From Mobula hypostoma (lineage: Eukaryota), in contig NC_086114.1 in assembly GCF_963921235.1 (NCBI RefSeq), positions 44,144,001 through 44,208,000 of the forward strand: a stretch of DNA of 64,000 bases, in the 5' to 3' direction. The notes under the pieces are model-generated. The model saw only the letters and a program-made list of their open reading frames with translations. It ran no database searches and was not told where the DNA came from. Below, piece by piece: positions 37,909 to 48,264 of the stretch. A program made the position numbers and the translations under genes. Positions within the stretch are counted from its first letter, which is position 1. Each line of letters begins with the position of its first letter.

Positions 37909-39640
37909 CAGTACTGTGCAAAATAGTGTATGTATAGCTAGGATGCCTAAAACATTTGTACATTTCTGTAGCAGCCTACATGGAGCAGAAAGTGAGTTTG
38001 TAAATCTGGCAGGAGCAAAGGATGGTGGGAATGATGAGGGGGGCGCTGCGAGAGGGGTGTGGAACGGGTGGCAGTGGTAGGGGATGGTGCAGGTACAAAC
38101 GCACCTAGCCAATGGACACCAGGCAAGGTCATTTGATTTCAAGCAATCGGTTCTTGATCATTACTGAATGTCTGTCTGGTGCTTTCCACTCCCTCCCCTC
38201 TCCCTTTGTCAGGGTCCGGTCCGTGAATTCCGCATTCTGGTTCATGGTCTGGTCCGTCGATTCCTTATTCCATGTTTTCCTGTTTTTCCTTCTTCCATTG
38301 GGTGCCTTAATTGAGGCACCCGATTCTTGTTTTGGGCTGGCACATAAATACCTCTCAAACCAAGGATTCTCTGCTGGACTGTTCCCTTCCCCTTCCTTCT
38401 GACTCCTTTCCTGCATCCCTGTCAAGTTCAACTGCCAGAATGAGACTTGAGCCTTGCCATGCCAAGATAAGGAACTATCTAACATTGAGTTTGGAACTAT
38501 CTCTTTGTGTCCCCGTATTTAATGTCCGTGTCAAAGAAGAGTTCCAGCCCTAGGTCCTGTTCCCAAGGAGGGGTCCTGATTCTGTGTAAAGCCCTGGCCC
38601 TAAGTCCTATTCCCAAGGAGGGGTCCCGGTTCTGTGTTCTGCGTTCCAAGTTCCAGGTGTCGTGTTCCAGTCCTGTCGAAGTCAAGGATTCCTGTTCTTG
38701 TCCAGTCCAGGAGTCCCTTGGCAGTTTACCTCGGCAGCTTACCTCGACAAGTGTTCTCGACAGTCATCCTGGCCTTGTGTCCTAGAAAGCATCCTGGCCC
38801 TGCGCTCCAAGGAGGAGTTCCAGCTCTGTACCTAAGAGCCTAACCAAGCCGAGTCCAAGAGCCAAACCAAACCTAGTCCAAGAGCCACGTCCTGCTCTGG
38901 AGTACCTTGTCCAGTCCGCGTCCAAGGCTCTGAGAGTCCAGTCCAAGTCCAAGGCTCTGTGTTCCTGTGTTCCAAGGCCAAGTCCAGGCGTTGTTTTCTA
39001 GCCCTGTCCAAATCTGAGCTTCGTGTCCTCATCTAGTTCCAGTTCCTCGCCCAGCCCGGTGCTGGAGATTCCTCATCCTATGCTGGGGTACCTCGTCCTG
39101 TCCCGTAGCCACGTCCTGTCCTTGCCAAGATCCTAGTCCCGAGTCTTAGCCTAGACCTGCGTTCCGGTTCCTAGTCAAGACCCAGGTTTCGAGTCTCAAT
39201 CGAGACCCAGGGTCCGGGTCCTTGTCCAGGCTCTGGTTCCGGAGTTCCATGTTCCTAGTTCCCCATCTGGGTCCTGTGTTTCTAGTCCAAGTCCTAGCCC
39301 AGGCCCTGAATCCTAGTGTCGTCCAGGGCCTGTGTCAATGTCCAGTGTCGTTTCTTCCTTACTCACCTTGCTATCTCGATAAACCTAGTTCTGTTCCTAT
39401 TGCTTCAGTGTCTGTGTCTTGCATTTGGGTCCGCTCCCCACGTCCCCTTATAACACCCTTCTGCTTTTCCCAGCCATGAATCCCCTCTGTCTGCCTTCTT
39501 CCCACTCTCAGTCCACAACAGCGACCCATATCAGAATCTGGTTTAACAATGTTATGAAATTAGATTTATTTTTGCAGCAGTACAATACAATAAATAAAAT
39601 TACAGTTCTGTGCAAAAGTCCTAAGCTCCCTAGCTATATA
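37909..39640 (+). mobile_element. Second copy of the composite Tc1-MITE element, split by a solo LTR
   Basis: TA-CAGTACTGTGCAAAA start; internal segments colinear with 15430-15795; second TIR module at 39603. Confidence 0.75.
38207..39455 (+). mobile_element. Solo LTR (1249 bp) with 5-bp TSD
   Basis: TGTCA...TAACA termini; CCCTT at 38202-38206 and 39456-39460; internal direct repeats. Confidence 0.85.
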
Positions 39641-40004
39641 TTTCTGTAGTGCATTTTTCATTGCAACATAGTAATTTTTTTATGTTTTGGACTGTATTGT
39701 GGCCACAAAACAACACATTTCAGGACATAGGGTATGTCAAGGATAATAATTCTGATTCCCACAGACATTATCCCCCAGAGCTGTCTGTCTTCCACAATCT
39801 CAAGGCAGAGAGTGCCAGCAATTCACTACTCTCAGTGAGAAGGAGGTCGTGTGGTGTATAGTTCAGACTGAAAATAATGGACATTTATCTTGAAACAATG
39901 TCCACTCAATGTCCCCTACTAGTAAAAACATCTGTGGTATATTCCAACAGTATCACCTCTCTTTCAAGCTCCAAAGTAATGCAGTTGACAAGATGCTTAA
40001 CTTA

Positions 40005-40250
40005 ATTTTATTTATTTAGAAATGCAGCGTAGTAACAGGCCCCTCCAACCAAATAAGCTTGCAGGGTTCAGTTATGCCCATGACTCATTAAGTTACTAAC
40101 TCGTACGTCTCTGGAACGTGGGAAGAAACTGGAGCACCTTGAGGAAACCACACGTCATGGGGAGAATGTACAAACTCATTACAGACAGAGGCGAAATATC
40201 CGGGTCACTGGCACTGTAATGTTACACTAACCTCTACATTACTGCGCTGC
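40005..40250 (-). mobile_element. V-SINE
   Basis: gaagaaactggagcaccttgaggaaacc..gagaatgtacaaactc. Confidence 0.8.
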
Positions 40251-40559
40251 CCCTCTATTCAGTCAGTGGATTTCTTGCAAAAAATGGGCACGTGTACTTC
40301 AAGATGTCAGAAATATCTAATCACAAGGTACTCAAAGATACTGCTATCCTGGAGCCTCCAGCAACAAACAAGGTACTTTGAGTAACTCAACAGGTCAGGC
40401 AGTATCTGTGGAGGGAAGTGGACAGTCGCTGATCCATGTGAAGAATTTCATCCGTCCTATGGAAATATGTTCTGTTCGTTTCCCTCTACTGAGCTGCTGA
40501 GTTCATCCAGCATCTTTTTTGTTGAAGCCATTTCTCATGCCTGTTTACCCATTTAAGTC

Positions 40560-40915
40560 ATATTCAGAATCTGGTTTAATATAATTGGTATATGAAGTGA
40601 AATTTATTAACTTTGCAGCAACAGGACAATGCAATACATATATATATTAAAATTAAATATATATATAAAAATTAAAATAAATTAGTAAAGCAAAAAAATA
40701 GAAATAAATAAGTTGCGAGGTAGTGTTCATGGGTTCAATGTCCATTCAAAAATCAGATGGCAGAGGGGAAGAAGCTGTCCCTGAATCACTGAGTGTGTGC
40801 TTTCAGGCTTCTGTACCTCCTTCCTGATAGTAGAAATGAGAAGAGGCCATGTCCTGGGCAATGGGGGTCCTTAATGATGGACGCTGCCTTTTGAGGGACC
40901 ACTCCTTGAAGATGT
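40560..40915 (-). mobile_element. Rex1-like LINE 3' end
   Basis: cagaatctggtttaat..cagatggcagaggggaagaagctg..gggtccttaatgatgg. Confidence 0.85.
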
Positions 40916-41100
40916 CCATATCGTTCTCCCATCTCACCTCACACTACAAATACTTGATTTGCATCTTGCATAAGTTTGATTTTTACTCAGCATGGAGGAA
41001 TCACAATTATTTATGAAGCTAACTCATTGAAAAAAGAAAGTAATTGGTCACTGCTATATAATTTGTCACCCACCCAAGGTTGTGGGTGCGTGCTTTAAGG

Positions 41101-42333
41101 CAGCGGTCCCCAACCACCGGGCCGCGGACCGGTGCCAGGCCGCAAAGCATGTGCTACTGGGCAGCAAGGATAACGATATAATTTGGCAATATGTGTCAGC
41201 TGCACCTGTCACGCCCACTGTTGAGCTTGAATGGACGCGAGGTCATTACCCACGCGTCATCCATGTCAGTGCTGGAAGGAGATCAACTCCTCGAGCTTTC
41301 AAATGACGGTGGGCTGAAAAGTACGTTTGACATAACATCTCTGCCGGCATTCTGCATCAGAGTCAAGGCTGAATATCCTGAGATAGCCACGAAAGCACTA
41401 AAAAACATTGCTTCCATTTCCAACATATCTCTGCAATGAATGCAACGAAAACTAAATTGTGGAATAGACTGGACATAAGGAATCCCGTTCGAGTATCACT
41501 GTCTCCCATCACCCCTCGATGGGATTGTCTCATTGCAGGGAAACAAGCTCAGGGCTCCCACTGATTCAGCGATATTAGTGTGTTGCAATGATTTTATATG
41601 TTCATAGGGGGAAAATATGAGCTGTGTGTTTAATATCCAAATGTTACTTAAAATGTTATGATGCTATTGACTTACTTATATAACCATAATAACAATTACA
41701 GCACGGAAACAGGCCATCCTGCCCCTTCTAGTCCATGCCGAACGCCACTCTCACCTAGTCCCACTGACCTGCACTCAGCCCATAACCCTCTATTCCATTC
41801 CTGTCCATATAGCTATCCAATTTTTCTTTAAATGATAATATCAAACCTGCCTCTACCACTTCCACTGGAAGTTCGTTCAACACTTACTTCAAGCTCCCCT
41901 GTCCTCCCCTGATAATTGACTTACCACTATATTCATGCGAGGAAAATATGCGGTGTGTGTTTAATATTAAATTCGTCAGATAAACCATTTTAGAAACGAA
42001 GTTGAGTGTATTAGCCACTTATCACCTATATTCCAGTCGTGATTAACACAGCCCCACCCCCACGCCCCGAACAGAATCACCAAAAATGATTTGTAGGAAA
42101 AAATCGGCATGTACACCCATGCGGAAGTCACGCTTGCACACTGCTGCCCATGCAAGGCTTCATAGTCATGGTAGTCTTTCGCGGGGTAAACACAACGTAT
42201 TTGACTGTTGCTCTTGTCCGTTGGCAACCCTACCCCCCCAGCCCCACCCCTCCCCCCCGCCAGGTCGGCCGGTCTGCAAGAATGTTGTCAATATTAAACT
42301 GGTCCACAATGCAAGAAAAGTTGGGGACCCCTG
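41101..42333 (+). mobile_element. hAT Charlie/Buster deletion derivative with 8-bp TSD
   Basis: TIRs cagcggtccccaac / gttggggacccctg; CTTTAAGG at 41093-41100 and 42334-42341; transposase C-terminal relic QLLELSNDGGLK..EYPEIATKALK..KTKL.NRLD..KQAQGSH*. Confidence 0.92.
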
Positions 42334-43004
42334 CTTTAAGGAAAGACGTGCAGGCTTTGGATTGAGCAAAAAGGTTTACCAGAATGGTTCCAGAGATGAG
42401 TGATTGCTGTGGGCACGCGATGTTCATGATATGGTCTCCTCAGCAATGAAAAAAACTCTTCATTGTCCATCGATCTTTTGCAGAATGTACTCAACAAAAG
42501 GGTTCGAAACTTGCTTTGTTGTTGGAGTCTTCCACACATTGACTCACATTGTCAGCTGCCATGGGCACTATCTGTGTCAAGTTCTGCAATCTCATTGATC
42601 ACATTCGCACAAAAGAGATTTGCTTCTTTGATTTTCTTTTCATTTGTTTTCGATTGGAAAATAAAAACGACCGCGATAAAGATTTTAAGTTAAAATGACA
42701 ACCCTGACTGACACTCTGGCAGAGTTCTGTGTGGATCTAATCAGTGTGGTAAGCTGCAGGTATGAAAGTCAAATTAAATCATAATAACACTGCTTTTAGG
42801 CAGCTGTCAAGTATTCCTTAAAACACTGTGGAGCAATTCCTCCAGCCTAGTTCAGCTTCAAGATTTTGCATCAGAAATTCGAACATGTAACATTTCAACA
42901 TTTTGTCTTTCATCTTTTGCACTATTTGCTTACTTTTGTAACTTATTATAAATTTTATGTCTTGTACTGTAGTGCTGCCAGAGAAAAAAAAGATTTCATA
43001 ATAT

Positions 43005-43900
43005 ACACTAGTGGCCACTTTATTAGGTACAACTTCTCATTAATACATGTAACTAATCAACCAATCATGTGACAGCAACTCAATCCATAAAATCATGCAG
43101 ACATGGTCAAGAGGTGCAGTTAGTGTTCAGATCAAGCATCAGAATGGCGAAGAAATGTGATCTAAGTGACTTTGAGCATGGAATAATTGTTGGTGCTAGA
43201 CGGGGTGATTTGAATATCTCAGAAGCTGATGATTTCCTGGGATTTTCCCATACATGTATTTTCATTTGCTTCTCTGGATCTCAGGGTGTGAGACACAAGT
43301 ACAAACACAAGTCTCTAGAGTAAGGGTTCCCAACTTTTTTTATGCCATGGACTTCCATAGGTCCCAGGTTGGACCCCTGCTCTAGATTTTACAGAGAATA
43401 ATGTAAAAAAAATCTAGTGAGCGCATTTCTGTGGACGAATATGTCTTATTAATGTGAGAGACTGGATGAAAATGGACTGACTGGTTTAAGCTGACAGGAG
43501 GGTGTTTTGACAGTAGTCTGAATGCACTGCATGTCAATCCATGAAGTGGATGGGCTACAGCAGCAGAAGAACATGAAGATGACCACTTTAGGATTGAGGA
43601 GGTACCTATTAAAGTGATAATAACTCTAATTCTGATTCTGGCGTCCAATGCAAAAAGGCAGAATTATGTAAAGGAGGAACTTAACTGCGGCTGTAGTCAT
43701 GTGGACAATGTGCCTGTGTGTTTGTACTTGTGTCTCACACCCTGAGATCCAGAGAAGCAAATGAAAATACATGTATGGGAAGAAATGTGATCTGGTGACT
43801 TTGAGCATGGAATAATTGTTGGTGCCAGACAGGGTGGTTTGAGTATCTCAGAACCAGCTGATTGCCTGCGATTTTCATGCACAACAGTCTTTAGAGCATT
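43005..43900 (+). mobile_element. Tc1 deletion derivative(s), rearranged
   Basis: tacactagtggccactttattaggtac TIR; MAKKCDLSDFEHGIIVGARR..ISE N-terminus, partly repeated from 43777. Confidence 0.85.
43321..43379. mobile_element. 59-bp hAT mini-MITE
   Basis: taagggttcccaac..gttggacccctg, flanked by CTCTAGAG/CTCTAGAT; related fragment at ~11040-11102. Confidence 0.7.
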
Positions 43901-44189
43901 CTCTAGAAAATGTGATCTAAGTTACTTTGAGTGCAAAATGTGACTGCAACTAGCAAGCAAAGTCCCTGTGTTTAGACCTTGCCAGAAAAATTAGAAGATT
44001 AAGAAGCTCTGAAAAGTTATTTTCATTTGATTTCTTGGTATAGACAATTCTGATGATTATAAGATGTATGGTAGGGAGATGGGACGCTAACCCAATAGGA
44101 ACCAGGGAAATTATGTCAGCTTTTGGGAAATTCACTTCATATTGACGATGATGATGACATTGACTCAGACCTGAGAGGCCAGCGTTGAG

Positions 44190-44405
44190 CATTTCCATGC
44201 CTTACAAGGCATAGTTCGAAAGGCTGTGTGGGGCACCACTCCTCACACAGACATTTTGCAGTATTATTTTACAAGGCCGAGTTGCGAGCTCGACATCAAC
44301 CCGGCGCAGATGGAGAGCACGCACGGGGGCGGTTTGTCACTGGATCGAACTTGGGAACCTCCGTTCTCGAGCCCGGCGCTGATCTCATTGCACCACCAGC
44401 CAACC
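44190..44405 (-). mobile_element. tRNA-derived SINE, CpG-rich, not of the V-SINE type
   Basis: Minus strand TGGTGCAATGAG (A box) and GTTCGATCC (B box). Confidence 0.7.
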
Positions 44406-45139
44406 AAATCATATGGCTTGGATTAAATTTATTTATTGTCATATATGAGAAATCATCCACTTCAGCCACTCCTCTCCACAGCCTCTTCGTGTCTTTCATC
44501 GCACCACCACCCCCATGCAATGGCACTTCATGCTTACACTCCATACCTTATACCTATACTGACGGAGCACTGTACTCCTGAGTCACCTTATGTCCATCCA
44601 ATCAGTCTATGTATTTAAACTAATCTTATGTATCATGCAACATTCAACAGTTACTTGTACATTACATTTGGTAGGATTGCTTTTATATTTATTGTGATTT
44701 TTTAATGCTTATTGCGTTTTTTACGCTGCATTGGATCCAGAGTAGCAATCATTTTGTTCACCGTTACACTCCTGTACTGAAGCATGACAATAAACAATCT
44801 TGAATCTACATGACAACATGCACCAGGGTGTATATGCACTTTATAAAGCAATGGTACATTTGGAGTATTGTAAGCAGTTTTAAGCACCTTATCTAAGAAA
44901 GGACATGCTGGCATTGGAGAGGGTCCAGAGGAGGTTCACGAGAATGATCCCAGAAATGAAAGAGGGTTAGCATATCAGCAGTGTTTGATGGCTCTGCGCC
45001 TGTAATCACTGGACTTTAGAAGAATGAAGAAGGATCTCATTGAAACCCATTGAATATCGAAAGGCCTAAAAAGAATGGACGTGGAGAGGATGTTTCCATT
45101 AATGGGAGAGTCTCGGACAAGAAGGCACAGCCGCAGTAG

Positions 45140-45746
45140 AGCTACTAGGACTTGATATGTCAATCCCTATGGTAAGTCAGCACTCTCGATGTTGGCAGTG
45201 GGCTTGGAGTGGTGACAAGGAGGGAGGGTAGGTACGTCATTCGGGTCATCAGGTGGGCACCCTCTTTCTTTGACGTTTCGTTGGTAAGCCCACGATGTCT
45301 CCAGAGGGCTCAACGGTGCTACCTGGCATCCCAGGTACACCCTCCTCAGTTCCATACCCTCCTGTCTTCATCTTGCAGCCCAGTTGTTGTCTTTCCTTTT
45401 AATCCAAATCCAATTGCTGCTTTCTTCTGCTGCATTTGACAAGGACTTGATTGCTTCTTGGAGGGAGTGACCCCTCACCCTCATCTTCTTCAATAGACCG
45501 GTCATAGATGTAGCAAAGAATCCCCTGCATCCCACTTCTACAGGGAAAATCTTGGTCTTCCAGCCATTCTGGGCATCTTCAGTTGCCAGTTCAGAGTACT
45601 TGGCCTTTTCCTCTCATAAGCTGCTTCGACACCATTTTCTCATGGTATTGTCAATTACACAACATATGCCAGCTTGGATGTTGTGGACCACAGGACTATG
45701 CCTGGCAGGAGTGTTGCAGCCGCAATGTCTGGGGGAAACACAAGCT
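45140..45746 (-). mobile_element. HERO-clade (restriction-like endonuclease) non-LTR retrotransposon 3' end
   Basis: Manual minus-strand translation KLVFPPDIAAATLLPGIVLWS..*LTIP*E..AYERK/AKYSELA..GWKTKIFPVEVGCRGF..SNWIWIKRKD, stop at 45368-45370. Matches the RPD..ELT.PWE..VEVGCRGF RLE signature. Confidence 0.85.
45243..45308 (-). ncRNA. Rearranged hammerhead-like RNA motif in the HERO 3' UTR
   Basis: CCCUCU-gga-GACAU-C-GUGGGC-uuaccaac-GAA-ACGUC-aaagaa-AGAGGG-u-GCCCAC-CUGAUGA-ccc. Confidence 0.5.
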
Positions 45747-48264
45747 TTAGAATATAAGGATATCCCATTAGACCACAGATGAGAATGAATTTCTTTATCT
45801 AAAGGGTGATGAATCTGTTGAATTCATTGCCACAGATGATTGTGGAGGCCAAGTCATTGGGTATATTTAAAGCAGATGTTGATTGGTTTTTGATTAATAA
45901 GGGCATCAAAGGTTACGGGGGAGAAGGCAGGGGAATGGGATTGAGAGGAAAGATAAATCAGCCATGATCGAATGGCAAAGTAGACTCAGTGGGACAAATG
46001 GCCTAATTCTGCTCCAATATCTTATAGAATTCATGATGTATTTCCCAAAAGCTCAGACAACTTCCCTGCTTCCAATGGGGTTAACATCAGCTTCCTGCCA
46101 TAGACCTTTACATATCAGAGTTTTATATACCAAGAAATCAAATGAAAAGAATGTAATTTTTCTGAAATTTTTTAGCCTTTATCCTTTCTGACATTTTCAA
46201 ATATCAATAGGTCTGCAGACGTAGAGAAATCGATGTGGACTTAATAATAGAACAGAGGGAAAACAGCTTCAAATTGAATTCAAAATTTCTTTTAAAATGC
46301 TGAATATTGCATCCAAAAGTGGGACAGGTTCTTGGTATCAGAGGGAAATGCATGTGGCAGACAGCCACTTTGAGCGATTGATTTGTGCTGCATACACCTC
46401 AAACACAGGTCCTTTGGCCCATCACATTCATACTGACTATTGTACTTCAGATTCATATTCATCTATTTATCATATACATCAACACATACAATGAAACGTG
46501 TTATTTGTGTCAACAACCAACACAACCTAACGATGTGCTGGAGTCAGCCACACATCTCTGTACAAACACAGCATGCTCGCCATGTTTGCAGAACAACACA
46601 AGCAAAAACAAGCAAACAACAGCAACAAAATAACAACAAAAACAAGCCTCTTACCTCACTTTCAAACACGCATTCACACAGACCCGGCAGTTCTCTAGCC
46701 CCTGGATAGGCCAGCTTTGGGCCTCCCATGGAATCAACCTTGCAGACATTGGACCTTTGACTTCCTTGTGGATTCACAGATTCACAGACTCATAGACCCA
46801 GGGCTTTGGCCATCGGGCCTCAACTTCCGGACTTCTGACTGGCCTTTGGACTTCGATCATTGGTATCGTCCCCAGAAATTGCTGATAACAGCAATTGAGG
46901 ACCCTGGATGAGGACTCCAAACCCCTTTCCAAATCAAACATCATTCACGGGTCTTGGCTGGGTTTGTACAATTCTGAAGATTCTTGGCACTCTATGCAAA
47001 AGTAGTTCTCTGTAACACAGCTCCCAAGTGGGGATTCAGTGGTGCTGCTAACATATCTACTACTGGATAGGTGCAGGGACCCAGTTCTGTTCTGATCTCC
47101 ATTGCTGTCTATGTGGAGTTTGAATGTTCTCCCAGAAACTGTGTGGGTTTCATCCATTGAATCAGAGAAACCAGTTCTTCCACTTGCCATGTTGATGCCA
47201 GCCCACCTATACCAATCCCAATTGCCAGCACTGTCCCTGCTTGCATCCTATGCCTTGACAGTTCAAGTTCACATCCAGTTGCTGCAGATTACTTTAATAT
47301 CCTGGTTGGTAGGTTCATTGGCTGCTGTAATGTTGTCTATAGTGTGTGGGTCAATGGTAGCATCTGCAAAGATTGGTAGGAATATGGGATGAAAACAATG
47401 GGATTAGCATTAGATTAGTTTAAAATGAGTGCTTGGCATGGACATGATAGGCCAAAGGCCTGACTCCTGAGCGCATGACTTGTCCTGGGTTTTCCAGCCT
47501 GCCAATCTCTCACTGATCAACAAGGGAATGTCTTAGCCTCCCTGAGCATGTGTCTACCCTAGTCAATTGCAGAGATCCTAAGTGCCTTTGAGTTTGTGGG
47601 TGGAGTTGCCGTGTGGTGTGAAGGTGGAGATAAAAAGTCCCACCCTCTTTCTCTTAAAACAGGATCACTTCCCAGCTCCCTTGCTTAATGCGGATTGAAA
47701 AGCTGCTACATACACGTTGAGAGAACAGGGATTTTCACAAGATGTTCATACCCAAGGCCCAGGCATTTTCCATAGCTGTGACATTCTGATCTCTCTGGTG
47801 AAGCAATGCTGAGGATTGTTGCCATGGAAACTCATCTGCACTTAATGCACATGTAATGATAGTTAATGATGCATTGCTTCCAACCTGGTTACTAGGGAAA
47901 GGAAGGAAAGTTTCCACCGTATATTTACTCCCTGTGTGCTAGTTATCAGTTGCTGCTCTTCAGAGATAAGGACCTTATTTCCATGGACTCCCACTAGCCT
48001 CGTTCAAACTAATAGCACAATGAATTGAGTCATTTTCACGGTTTATCCTTTCTCCTCGACTTGTTTCTTTTCTTTAAACCACGTTTCTTATGCTTAAGTA
48101 AACAAGGTCTGCAAATTTCCAGTCAATGTAAATATATCCTTTAATTATGAGTATGAATTAACCTTTATAGAGAAGACTAAAGTTCTTTATACCACTCATT
48201 AATCCTTAATGTGAATTAGGTTTGGTCAATCTAAAGTCTAGATCATAAGAAAATTGGAGACACT

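Larger units (their letters stand above)
44845..46030 (+). mobile_element. CR1 LINE 3' region split by a HERO insertion
   Basis: ggagagggtccagaggaggttcacgagaatgatccc..; resumes at ~45746 with agatgagaatgaatttc. Confidence 0.88.
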
